Below, piece after piece: positions 18,419 through 27,579 of a stretch of 53,662 bases of DNA. The notes under the pieces are model-generated. The model was not told the DNA's origin. It saw nothing but the letters and a program-made list of their open reading frames with translations, and did not search any database. Position 1 is the stretch's first letter. Each line of letters begins with the position of its first letter. This DNA is from Candidatus Omnitrophota bacterium (GTDB lineage Bacteria; Omnitrophota; Gorgyraeia; M55B152): contig JAGYNU010000001.1 in the NCBI GenBank assembly GCA_018399975.1, positions 1 through 53,662 on the forward strand, given 5' to 3'. The translations under genes and the position numbers were made by a program.

Positions 18419-18673
18419 ATGCCAAATAATAACTCTACAGCAAAAAGATTAAGACAAGATAAAAAAAAGCATATACGTAATAAATCTGTAAAATCATTTT
18501 TAAAAACAAAAATAAAAAAATTTAGAACTTTAATCGATAGTGGAAATAAAACAGAGGCTAAGAAACTTCTGGTGGAAATTACAAAGATACTCGACAAAGC
18601 TAAAAACAAAAATATTATTCATCAAAATAAAGTTAATCGGCAAAAATCTCATCTCATGAAACTTCTTACTTAA
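18419..18673 (+). CDS. rpsT: 30S ribosomal protein S20
   Basis: 84 aa, very basic, with N-terminus MPNNNSTAKRLRQDKKKHIRNKS typical of S20. An AGGGGG SD lies upstream. Confidence 0.9.
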   Translation: MPNNNSTAKRLRQDKKKHIRNKSVKSFLKTKIKKFRTLIDSGNKTEAKKLLVEITKILDKAKNKNIIHQNKVNRQKSHLMKLLT

Positions 18674-18694
18674 AAACTGAAGACCTATCTTTAA

Positions 18695-19660
18695 TTATGC
18701 AATCAAACTCATTATAAACCCTTCAAGAGCTAATTTCTCAGATACATTACTTTTTTTTATTTCTTCATCAATATAAGATAAATATTTTACTGCAATCTTT
18801 ATATCTGTTAAACTAAAATTACGCACTTGAAAAATAAATTTGTCGGAAAAATATCTATTTATACCTAAACACTTTGTTACCTGATAAGAATTATATCCTT
18901 GCTTTATTAAAACTTTTGCCCTTAACATTCTTTTTAATTGCCAAGCTAAAGTTCCTATTATCTTAACTACACTTTCTTTATAATCAAACATCCGATCTAA
19001 TATTTGAGTCACAAGATTTATATCTTTACTACAAATACAATCTATAAGCTTAAAAACGTTATATTGGACATTATTTTCTACTAATCTATCAATATGTTTA
19101 ATATTAATATTTTCACCGTGGCTATATAAAATTAACTTATTTATTTCATTATCTAAACTTAAAAGGTCTATATCCGCTTTTTCTATCAGCATAGAAACTG
19201 CGTCATAAGAAATAATCTTTCCGGATTTCTTTTTAACATTTTCTAATATCCAATCATGAAGTTTTTTACCTTTTAAAGGGTCACATTTTACCTTTTTTAC
19301 ATCTTTTAATCTTGATAATTTAGTTAAAAATGCAGTATTTGCATCTTCAGGACTTGTAACTAAAATAATAATACTTTTATCAGGAATAATTTTTAAAAAA
19401 TCTAAAAAAATTTTTTGAGAAGATTTCGGAAGTTTATCTATATTTTTAATTATACTGACACGGTATTTATTATACGAAGGGAAAAGCGAGGCATTACTAG
19501 TAATACAAGAAATGTTATCTTCGTCAGCAAAATATGTTTCAAAATTTATCCAATCAGATTTACCCTCTAAAAATCGAGACTTAATCTCTTTTAAATACTG
19601 ATTTTTAAGAAAAGTTTCTTTTCCTCTTATGAAATATAAATTGGGTAAGGAATTTACCAT
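18695..19660 (-). CDS. holA: DNA polymerase III delta subunit
   Basis: 321 aa. Length and position (directly downstream of lptE, as in many bacteria) fit holA, and the sequence looks like a degenerate AAA+-like delta fold. Motif support is weak. Confidence 0.65.
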   Translation of the reverse strand: MVNSLPNLYFIRGKETFLKNQYLKEIKSRFLEGKSDWINFETYFADEDNISCITSNASLFPSYNKYRVSIIKNIDKLPKSSQKIFLDFLKIIPDKSIIILVTSPEDANTAFLTKLSRLKDVKKVKCDPLKGKKLHDWILENVKKKSGKIISYDAVSMLIEKADIDLLSLDNEINKLILYSHGENINIKHIDRLVENNVQYNVFKLIDCICSKDINLVTQILDRMFDYKESVVKIIGTLAWQLKRMLRAKVLIKQGYNSYQVTKCLGINRYFSDKFIFQVRNFSLTDIKIAVKYLSYIDEEIKKSNVSEKLALEGFIMSLIA

Positions 19661-20196
19661 TGAACTACTGTTTTTTCCACCACTCTACGAGCTAAATCAT
19701 CTACAGCTTCACCAACTGCTTCAGTTTCGGTCTTAGCTAATGCACCTGTTAAAAAATAAGTCGTATCTCCTATCACTTTATCTTCCCAAACAATTTCATT
19801 CTTTTCTAAATCCTCCACTTTACAATCAATTACTATGGATAATCTGTACTCTTCTACATTATCACCATCATATCTTAAGGGTTGTTTTATATAATTTACC
19901 AAATTACCTGTTAAAACTATATCAGACATTTCTTTATCATCTGATAACTGCAAACTTCCTTCTAATACAAATCTATTTTCCACAGCTTCAACAATATCAT
20001 TTTCCAATCCTGGAAAATAAGAAGAACTATCGCGTTCGTTTTTTGTAAATTCAATTCTGTTTTTAAAATTCTCAACATATATATTTTTCATATAAGAAGG
20101 TAGATTTGAATGAAAAGTATATCCACAACCTAAAAAAGTAGTAAGCAACAAGCAAAAAGTAAAAAGTAAAAATTTTTTTAACATATAATTATTCAT
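19654..20196 (-). CDS. lptE: LPS-assembly lipoprotein LptE-like
   Basis: Lipoprotein signal peptide with lipobox (LLLTTFLGCGY) once the start is moved to MNNYMLKK or MLKKF. The lptE-holA linkage is typical. The track ORF's N-terminal 36 codons run into a GC-rich repeat and are not counted as coding. Confidence 0.6.
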   Translation of the reverse strand: MNNYMLKKFLLFTFCLLLTTFLGCGYTFHSNLPSYMKNIYVENFKNRIEFTKNERDSSSYFPGLENDIVEAVENRFVLEGSLQLSDDKEMSDIVLTGNLVNYIKQPLRYDGDNVEEYRLSIVIDCKVEDLEKNEIVWEDKVIGDTTYFLTGALAKTETEAVGEAVDDLARRVVEKTVVQW

Positions 20197-20201
20197 TAAA
20201 T

Positions 20202-20515
20202 GGAACCCCACGGGGCAAGCCCTGTGAAAGATACTTTTGTATTTCACGGGGCAAACCCGTGGTACCTTTATGTACCCGTCTTCGCCGAGGTTATCCGCCA
20301 ACACATTTAGGTGGCTCCTTCATCTGGTAACATCTCGCCGAAGCATAACTTCCGCATTCATCCACGGGTAAACCCGCGGTTTTCTGCGAAGGCGGATAAA
20401 ACTACAATTAACAAAATTCAAGATGAGCTTATCGGTAAATCAGCATATCAAATAAGAAATCTAATTTATCCTGATAATCTGACGTTCCTGCCTGCCGACA
20501 GGCAGGTTTCCCATT
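20202..20515. repeat. intergenic cluster of GC-rich hairpin modules
   Basis: Three copies of CACGGG-(G)NAA-(A)CCCGYG hairpins (20208-20226, 20245-20262, 20362-20379). An imperfect inverted pair CTTCGCCGAG / CTCGCCGAAG is also present, plus the palindrome CCTGCCTGCCGACAGGCAGG (20487-20506). Confidence 0.7.
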
Positions 20516-20584
20516 GATACTCCGATAATCTGATATAATTTTTAATAATTTGTGATTTTGGTAATTCGAATTTGTGATTTCTCT

Positions 20585-21544
20585 TTATTTTTTCTTAAAA
20601 ATAGTTAATTTCTTTATGGCTTTAATCGCCCATTTAGTATCAGGATATTTATTTACAACTTCTTCGTAATATATAACAGCACTATTTTTTTTATCTTGCT
20701 TTTCATAAAACTCTGCAATGCCAAAAACTTTCTCAGCTCTCTTTTCATTTAAACCATCTAATTCATCTTTTGCTTTCTTGGACAATTTGCTATTAGGATT
20801 CTTTTCTACAAACTGTTCAAATTCTTTTATAGCCTCATTTGTAGCTTCTTGGTCATAACTGGGATCTAAGGAAAACTTAAATGCACAATTAGCAGATTCA
20901 AATTCAGCTTTATCTATTAATTTACTGTTTGGAAAATTTTCTATCAAACTATTAAAAGCTTCTTTAGCTTTTTGATAATCGCCTTTCTTTTTATACGCAA
21001 TACCCAATTTATAATAAACCTTATCAATATTTTCTTTATAAGGAGAATTCTGAACTACTTTTTTAAAAACCTCAATAGCTCTATCCTCAGATGCAATAAC
21101 CGGCATTCCCCACAACTTACCTTTTTTACCTTCAAAAAATATATTTCCAATCTTAACCTGCCTTTCTATTACTTCATCCAATTCTTCAATATAAGGATAC
21201 TTATCTATAACTTTCTGATAGGCTCTAAAAGCTTCATAATACTTATCTAATGCTTCATAACTTCTACCTTTAAAATATTGGGAACGTGGAGCATATTCTG
21301 ATTTAGGATATGCATCAACTAATTTCTCAAACTCTTTTAAAGCAAGTTCATATTCAGAATTATCAAAAAATGACATAGCATGTTCGAATTGCTCTTCAGG
21401 AGTATCTTTAACAGCATACTTAGGATTAATCCATTTTCCAGATTCTGGAGTCCAAACCCAAAAAGAAAACAGATTAGAAGAAAAACAAAACAATAATATA
21501 AAAACCAAAATTAAAGAAAAAATAATTTTTTTTAGGTTAAACAT
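20585..21544 (-). CDS. bamD: outer membrane protein assembly factor BamD-like (TPR lipoprotein/YfiO family)
   Basis: Signal peptide followed by repeated TPR-like units rich in Y/A/K (AYPKSEYAPRSQYFKG, NFPNSKLIDKAEFE, KYPDTKWA). Confidence 0.65.
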   Translation of the reverse strand: MFNLKKIIFSLILVFILLFCFSSNLFSFWVWTPESGKWINPKYAVKDTPEEQFEHAMSFFDNSEYELALKEFEKLVDAYPKSEYAPRSQYFKGRSYEALDKYYEAFRAYQKVIDKYPYIEELDEVIERQVKIGNIFFEGKKGKLWGMPVIASEDRAIEVFKKVVQNSPYKENIDKVYYKLGIAYKKKGDYQKAKEAFNSLIENFPNSKLIDKAEFESANCAFKFSLDPSYDQEATNEAIKEFEQFVEKNPNSKLSKKAKDELDGLNEKRAEKVFGIAEFYEKQDKKNSAVIYYEEVVNKYPDTKWAIKAIKKLTIFKKK

Positions 21545-21667
21545 AATCCTTTTTATCTGATTAAATAATTTTCAAAAATTAATACTTGCCCAAAAGCAAA
21601 TTTAACTATATCATAGGCAATTATTTATGTCAAGATATCTATTAAATTATAAACAATCAGTATTAGC

Positions 21668-21696
21668 TTGAAGATATAAGACTTATATGCTATATT
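21668..21696 (+). promoter_or_regulatory. possible sigma-70 type promoter for rpoN (TTGAAG-17 nt-TATATT)
   Basis: Hexamers with a 17-nt spacer about 48 nt upstream of the rpoN ATG. The AT-rich background makes chance matches common. Confidence 0.3.
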
Positions 21697-21744
21697 TTAA
21701 TTAGGAAAAACTATGAAGATTACTTTATATAAAGAGGCGAAAAA

Positions 21745-23097
21745 ATGGAGTTAAAACCACAACTTAGTCCAAAATTAATACATAAATTAAAATTAACACC
21801 TCAGCTTAAACAAGCTATACATATATTACAGTTAAATCTTACTGAGCTTAGAGAATTGGCTGAACAAGAATTTGAAGAAAACCCTCTTTTAGAATTAGAA
21901 GAACCTCTCTCTAATGAAGATATCGATTTCGATGAAATATTAGACCAAGATGACATGGCTTACTATCTTCCCAAACAATCACAACCTAATACTAAAGATA
22001 TCCAAGAGAAACAAAATTATCTTGAAAGTCTAACTACAAAAAGTGAATCATTACAAGAAAATTTATTACATCAATTACATATAAATATATCTGATAAAGA
22101 AAAATATAAAATTGGAGAATATATCATAGGAAATATAAACGAAGAAGGATATTTGGAAGTTAACATCGAAGAAATCTGTCAAAGTAATGATTGTGATAAA
22201 AAAACAGCAAAAGAAGTACTAAATATAATACAGGATTTTTATCCTTCGGGAGTAGGTGCCCGTAATCTAAAAGAATCTTTAGAAATACAATTAAGGCATA
22301 AAGGTTATAAAAAAACAGATTTAATTTATAAAATAATAGATTCTCATATAGAAGATTTAGAAAAAGGAAAAATAAAAAAATTATCTAAAACATTCAAAGT
22401 AAGCGAAGAAAAAATAAAAGAAACACTTAAAGAAATAGCTTATCTTGAACCTAAATGTGGGAGAGAATTCTTAGATGAAAAAATACGTTATATATATCCT
22501 GATTTAATAATAACTGAAATAAAAGATAGATATGAAGTAAAACATAAAAACGACTTCCTTCCCACTTTGAAAGTAAGTAATTATTATAAAAAATTAACAA
22601 AAGATAAGAATACACCTGTAAGTACAAAAAAATACCTGAAAGAAAAATTAGCATCAGCACTTTGGTTAATAAAAGCTATTAACCAAAGACAAAATACAAT
22701 ATTAAAAGTCGCACAATGTATAGTAGACCATCAAGAAGATTTTTTTAAAAACGGCGAAGGATATTTAAAAGCGTTAACTTTAAAAGAAATTGCAAATAAG
22801 ATAGACATGAGCGAATCCACTGTAAGTAGAGCAACTACAGGAAAATATATATCTACCCCACATGGTATCTTTGAACTTAAAGACCTCTTTTCAAGAGAAA
22901 TACATGATACTTCAGTAGACAAAATAAAAAACCTCATAAAAGCATTTATAGAAAAAGAAAATATACATAGGCCTTTAACAGACACTCAAATATCCAAGTT
23001 ATTAAAACATAAAGGTATTGACATAGCACGCCGAACAGTGGCAAAATATAGAGATGATTTGAAAATATTACCTTCTCATTTAAGAAGCCAAAAATAA
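21745..23097 (+). CDS. rpoN: RNA polymerase sigma-54 factor
   Basis: Region I (LKLTPQLKQAIHILQL), an acidic region II, a C-terminal HTH and the RpoN box ARRTVAKYR. Confidence 0.92.
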   Translation: MELKPQLSPKLIHKLKLTPQLKQAIHILQLNLTELRELAEQEFEENPLLELEEPLSNEDIDFDEILDQDDMAYYLPKQSQPNTKDIQEKQNYLESLTTKSESLQENLLHQLHINISDKEKYKIGEYIIGNINEEGYLEVNIEEICQSNDCDKKTAKEVLNIIQDFYPSGVGARNLKESLEIQLRHKGYKKTDLIYKIIDSHIEDLEKGKIKKLSKTFKVSEEKIKETLKEIAYLEPKCGREFLDEKIRYIYPDLIITEIKDRYEVKHKNDFLPTLKVSNYYKKLTKDKNTPVSTKKYLKEKLASALWLIKAINQRQNTILKVAQCIVDHQEDFFKNGEGYLKALTLKEIANKIDMSESTVSRATTGKYISTPHGIFELKDLFSREIHDTSVDKIKNLIKAFIEKENIHRPLTDTQISKLLKHKGIDIARRTVAKYRDDLKILPSHLRSQK

Positions 23098-23129
23098 TTC
23101 TAAATATAAGGAATTTAAAGGAGTAATAA

Positions 23130-24092
23130 ATGATAGACTTTCCTGAAATAATTGGAAAAACAGAAGAAATCAAAAAAGTATTTAAATTAATGAACAAAGT
23201 CATCGAAACTGATAGTAATATATTGATATCGGGTGAAACTGGTACCGGCAAAGAGATGGTAGCAAGAGCAATACATAATTATGGAAATAGAAAAGATAAC
23301 CCTTTTGTCGCTGTAAACTGTTCTGCTCTTACCGAAACCTTACTGGAAACAGAATTATTTGGGCATATCCGCGGTTCTTTTACTGGGGCAACTGCAGAAA
23401 AAAAAGGCCTTTTTGAAATTGCAAATAAAGGAACATTTTTTATGGATGAAATTGGTGATATTAGTTTAAACGTCCAATCCAAACTGCTAAGAGTGATTCA
23501 AGAAGGAACAATCAGAAAAGTTGGAAGTACTGAAGATATGTCTATCGATGTTAGGCTTATAGCCGCCACAAATTTAGATTTAGAAAACGAAGTTAAAAAT
23601 AAATCTTTTCGTAAAGACCTTTACTATAGAATAACTGTTATACAAATACACATGCCTCCCTTAAGAAAAAGATTAGAAGATATACCTTTACTTGTTGACC
23701 ATTTCTTAGAGAAATACAAAGAAAAAGCTAATAAAGAAATAAATGGTTTTTCCAAAGAAGCTATGAAAGTATTACTTAACTATACATGGCCTGGAAACAT
23801 AAGAGAATTAGAACATGAAGTTGAAAGATGTATGGTCTTGACAGAAAACAAAACTATCCAGCCAGAAGATATTTCTGAAACAGTTCACACTGGAGGAAAA
23901 CTTCATCTTGGTGAAGTAGAAGATAAGTCATTAAAAGGTGTATTACAAGAATATGAAAAAAGAATAATAAAAGAAATACTATTTAATATGAAATGGAACA
24001 AAACTAAAACTGCAGATGTTCTTGGTATAACCCGTCAAGCATTAGACAACAAAATAAAAAAGTATAAAATAGATAGAAGAAGAAACGATTAA
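23130..24092 (+). CDS. sigma-54-dependent transcriptional activator lacking an N-terminal sensory domain
   Basis: Begins directly with the AAA+ domain (IIGKTEEIKKVF..., Walker A GETGTGKE, GAFTGA-type loop GSFTGA). A C-terminal Fis-type HTH (TKTADVLGITRQALDNKIKKY) follows. Confidence 0.9.
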   Translation: MIDFPEIIGKTEEIKKVFKLMNKVIETDSNILISGETGTGKEMVARAIHNYGNRKDNPFVAVNCSALTETLLETELFGHIRGSFTGATAEKKGLFEIANKGTFFMDEIGDISLNVQSKLLRVIQEGTIRKVGSTEDMSIDVRLIAATNLDLENEVKNKSFRKDLYYRITVIQIHMPPLRKRLEDIPLLVDHFLEKYKEKANKEINGFSKEAMKVLLNYTWPGNIRELEHEVERCMVLTENKTIQPEDISETVHTGGKLHLGEVEDKSLKGVLQEYEKRIIKEILFNMKWNKTKTADVLGITRQALDNKIKKYKIDRRRND

Positions 24093-26524
24093 TCAGAAGA
24101 TTCCCTAATTTTAAAATTATTCCCATCAGTTACAATAGTTATAACTTTATTTTTATTTGTAAAATATACTTTATTTTTCCTTTGTTTATCAAAATCTTCC
24201 TTAAAGCAATTCATGATAAAAATTTTAGCATTCAGAACTTTTTCTAAAAAAAATATAGCCTGTTTTTTTATACTATGATGATATGGTATTCTTACTACAT
24301 CTATAGCAACGTTTTTATCATATTCTTTCAAAAGATCCTCAATTTCTTTTTGTTGTATATCATAAAAGAGGATAATATTAAAATCTTTATATTTACCTAA
24401 TATAGCAACAGAGCTATCATTTGATTTTGGCTTGGAGTGAACTAATTTTAAAGCTGGACTTAATATTCTTAAATTAAAACCAGATTGTGTTTTTATCAAA
24501 TTCTTTTCTTTAATTTCTACACGCCTTAGTCTTTTCTCTTTTATAATATCTATATATCTGAAATAAGTTTTTGTGTTAAAAATAATACCACTATCAATAA
24601 TACACTCAATATTAAAATGCTTAATAAGCCATTCTGCTCCTCCTATATAGTTGCTTTTAGAAGACGTTAAAATCAAATGATTAATTGTTTTAATACCTTT
24701 ATGCCATAAAAAAGGACCTATTATATGTTCCCCGCTGTTATAAGGAATCCTTTCTCCGGTATTAATTAATATATTTTTACCTTGAGGTAGTTTTATAAAT
24801 ACGCTATCTTTTTTTGCTACATTTAAAAATGTAATCTCAAGTAAATTATTATTTTCCTTCCAATAAAAATTATATATATTAGGCCATATAATTATATTTA
24901 TTAAAATAAAAAAAATTATACATAGTTTCCTTTTACTAAATCTAAAAAAACTATTGCTTGAAATAAAACCTAATCCCACATAAAACACAATAAAATTAAG
25001 CAAATTTAAATCTGGTAAATAAAAATGGCCGAATTTTAAATCAGAAAAAAGATTAACTAAATTTAAAAAATTATCTAAAGATAAATTTAATAAATAACTC
25101 ATTAAATTCGTTAAAGGGAAATATAAAAATGATAATATCAATAAAATTATACTAAAAAGCAATATAAAGAAACTAATAGGAATAATAAAAAGATTAGCTA
25201 AAATAGTTACAGGTGACACAATATTAAAAAATATCCATATAATTGGCATTAAACCTATCCAAACAGCAAATGAAGCAGAAAAAAGCTTGATAAAATACAT
25301 CATTATTTTTTTAAACTTAAAAGATAAATTTTTACTATATATGAATTTAAATTTCTTTTCTATTTTCGGAGTTAGATAAACTATACTTAAAACTGCCGTA
25401 AATGATAAAATAAACCCTGCCATATATATTTGTATTGGGTTATAAAAAAGTAAAATCAAAGCTGCTAATCCCAATGAATTATATATATCAGGGTCGCGAT
25501 AAATACTCTTCCCAAAAAGAAAGACGCACACCATAACAGTTGCCCTTACAACAGAAGGCCTAGCTCCAGTAAGTAAACAATATAAAATAATAAAGACAAT
25601 AGTTAATATATAATTAATTTTTAAAGGAAACTGCAATAATTTTAAAATACCTAATAAAATCAATACGATAATACCAACATGAAGTCCACTTATTGCTAGA
25701 ATATGCATGGTCCCCGAATCTTTAAAATCTTCTATCACTTCATCTGATAAATCTTCTCTATCACCCAATAACATAGCTGAGATAACCGAAGCATTTTGCT
25801 TAGGTAAAAATTTGTATATTTTATTTTTAAAAATATGCTTTAACTTTAATGTATATCGCATTATAGGATTGCCATTATTTAAAGAGACAAGTTGGATAGA
25901 ATCTTTTTGTTTTAAACTCATTAATGCATAAATATGTTTCCTTTCTAAATATCTTTTATAATTAAACTGTCCAGGACTTGAGGGTGATTTTAAACGGTAA
26001 ATATCTCCCCTTAATTCCAACAAATCACCATATCTATATCTATCAAAATGATTATATAAAGTTACTTGAACTTTCCCTTTTACATCATGCCATTTACCTT
26101 TTTCTACTGACCCGGACGGTGAAAATTGGCTTTCTTCTATAGCTTTTGCTTCTATAAGAAAAGTAATTTTACCTGAACCATATACTGTCTTTGAATATAC
26201 AGGGTCGTTTATAATTAATCCTTTAACTAAAACCTGTTCTTTTTCTTGACTAACGAAATTAGCTATATGATTGGATGGTAAACGAAGAGAATTTTGATGG
26301 GAAAATGCTCCTAAGAAAAATACTATTAAGAATAAAGCTGGATAAGAAATTATTTGCTTCTTTAAAATAAAAGAAATTAAACAGATAATACCAAACAAAC
26401 AAACTAAACTAAAGAAAAAAATAGACGGCAGGTTAATAATTTTACCAAACAAAATCCCCAACATAAAAACTATAGCTATATAAAATAAAGGACGGGAATA
26501 AAAGATTTGATGAAACTTACTCAT
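24089..26524 (-). CDS. comEC: DNA internalization-related competence protein ComEC/Rec2
   Basis: 811 aa with a DUF4131-like OB N-terminus, a polytopic competence domain (GTMHILAISGLHVG) and a C-terminal MBL-like domain. The metal-binding motif of that domain is degenerate. Confidence 0.85.
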   Translation of the reverse strand: MSKFHQIFYSRPLFYIAIVFMLGILFGKIINLPSIFFFSLVCLFGIICLISFILKKQIISYPALFLIVFFLGAFSHQNSLRLPSNHIANFVSQEKEQVLVKGLIINDPVYSKTVYGSGKITFLIEAKAIEESQFSPSGSVEKGKWHDVKGKVQVTLYNHFDRYRYGDLLELRGDIYRLKSPSSPGQFNYKRYLERKHIYALMSLKQKDSIQLVSLNNGNPIMRYTLKLKHIFKNKIYKFLPKQNASVISAMLLGDREDLSDEVIEDFKDSGTMHILAISGLHVGIIVLILLGILKLLQFPLKINYILTIVFIILYCLLTGARPSVVRATVMVCVFLFGKSIYRDPDIYNSLGLAALILLFYNPIQIYMAGFILSFTAVLSIVYLTPKIEKKFKFIYSKNLSFKFKKIMMYFIKLFSASFAVWIGLMPIIWIFFNIVSPVTILANLFIIPISFFILLFSIILLILSFLYFPLTNLMSYLLNLSLDNFLNLVNLFSDLKFGHFYLPDLNLLNFIVFYVGLGFISSNSFFRFSKRKLCIIFFILINIIIWPNIYNFYWKENNNLLEITFLNVAKKDSVFIKLPQGKNILINTGERIPYNSGEHIIGPFLWHKGIKTINHLILTSSKSNYIGGAEWLIKHFNIECIIDSGIIFNTKTYFRYIDIIKEKRLRRVEIKEKNLIKTQSGFNLRILSPALKLVHSKPKSNDSSVAILGKYKDFNIILFYDIQQKEIEDLLKEYDKNVAIDVVRIPYHHSIKKQAIFFLEKVLNAKIFIMNCFKEDFDKQRKNKVYFTNKNKVITIVTDGNNFKIRESSD

Positions 26525-26668
26525 AGAAAAAGTTTAGCATAGAAGAAAAAAAGAGGCAAATGAAAAGGTTAGATTGGTTTTAAAAATTTAAAATTGTGAA
26601 ATAACTTTATTTATCATACCTTAAATTCATAGCACAGAAATTATTTAAGTTATAATCTTTTAACATAT

Positions 26669-27475
26669 TTATTCTGACCTTTTTTCAATCCGGATTGTAT
26701 CTCCAAGATATAAATCGATATTTGATTGAACTGCTTTTCCTGGAAATACTAAAATCAAACTAGGCTTTTCGGGAGGATTATTTTCTATACCCGGAAGTGG
26801 TGGATCTACTGCAACAACTTGTCTAGGCCCAGATATTCTTAATAATTTCTTTAAAGGAACAACTATTTCTTTTAATTCTTCAACTTCCTTGTTCTCTAAG
26901 TTTTCTATATAATGATAAAAATAAGGGTGATAAATACCTCTTTCATAAGGTTCATAACCTAACAAAACAGCATGTTCTAAGTCTATATTATCTTCTATCA
27001 CACCTTCTTGACCTCTTAATCCCCCGCCAATAAAAGAACGTAAAGGTGAATTTTCAACAAAACCATCTAATTTTAAAATAAGGTGCGTATAGCCTTCTTT
27101 TAATAAATCTTGCAATTTTCGTCCCTTTAATTCAATATACATTAACCCCTGTTGTCTATTTGGCTCCACCTTCCCTGAACCACTAATATGTAATAAATCC
27201 TTCTCTCGTTTTACAGTTAAAAAATCTGAAGTTGGTCCCAAAACTTCACCCACACCTAAACTTATGTCGAAAGCCGAAGAACTTATTTTAAATTCAATAT
27301 AATCTTTACCTTCACTAATTACAACACCATTATTTTTTCTTACTAAACGTAATACCGAATTTTTATAAATTTTAAAATCCCTACCCAAGATATCCACAAA
27401 CTCCCTTTCAGTTAAACTAAATATCAAACATACAATTAGACCAGCTACAATTAAGAATAATATTTTTCGTACCAT
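26669..27475 (-). CDS. membrane-anchored hypothetical protein
   Basis: 268 aa with a single N-terminal TM. A GAGGAG SD lies 6 nt upstream. No family recognised. Confidence 0.5.
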   Translation of the reverse strand: MVRKILFLIVAGLIVCLIFSLTEREFVDILGRDFKIYKNSVLRLVRKNNGVVISEGKDYIEFKISSSAFDISLGVGEVLGPTSDFLTVKREKDLLHISGSGKVEPNRQQGLMYIELKGRKLQDLLKEGYTHLILKLDGFVENSPLRSFIGGGLRGQEGVIEDNIDLEHAVLLGYEPYERGIYHPYFYHYIENLENKEVEELKEIVVPLKKLLRISGPRQVVAVDPPLPGIENNPPEKPSLILVFPGKAVQSNIDLYLGDTIRIEKRSE

Positions 27476-27579
27476 TACATTCTCCTCTTTTTTTGTTTAT
27501 ATATTTTACTTTTAAAATACATATAATAAGTATAACATATATCATTCTTTTTGTCAAATTCCTGAGGTATTTAGTAGTA

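Noticed and set aside
18355-18609. Minus-strand 84-aa ORF opposite rpsT.
   Set aside because: rpsT on the plus strand has a clear S20 sequence and an SD. The antisense ORF is a hydrophobic shadow.
20197-20304. The N-terminal 36-40 codons of the track's lptE ORF (MLADNLGEDGYIKVPRVCPVKYKSIFHRACPVGFHL).
   Set aside because: This stretch is translated from the GC-rich hairpin repeats. A proper lipoprotein signal peptide starts at the internal Met, so the extension is treated as non-coding.
20202-20515. The GC-rich 310-nt region considered as RNase P RNA, tmRNA, SRP RNA or 6S RNA.
   Set aside because: On either strand there is no GAGGAAAGTCC or ACAGAACCCGGCTTA-like RNase P blocks, no tRNA-like GGGG...CCACCA ends, and no SRP GGAA/AGCA domain IV motif. 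The internal repetition favours a repeat array instead. 6S RNA cannot be excluded by eye.
20311-20517. Plus-strand 68-aa ORF in the bamD-lptE spacer.
   Set aside because: It spans repeat modules, has no SD and no recognisable fold. It is most likely a chance open frame in GC-rich sequence.
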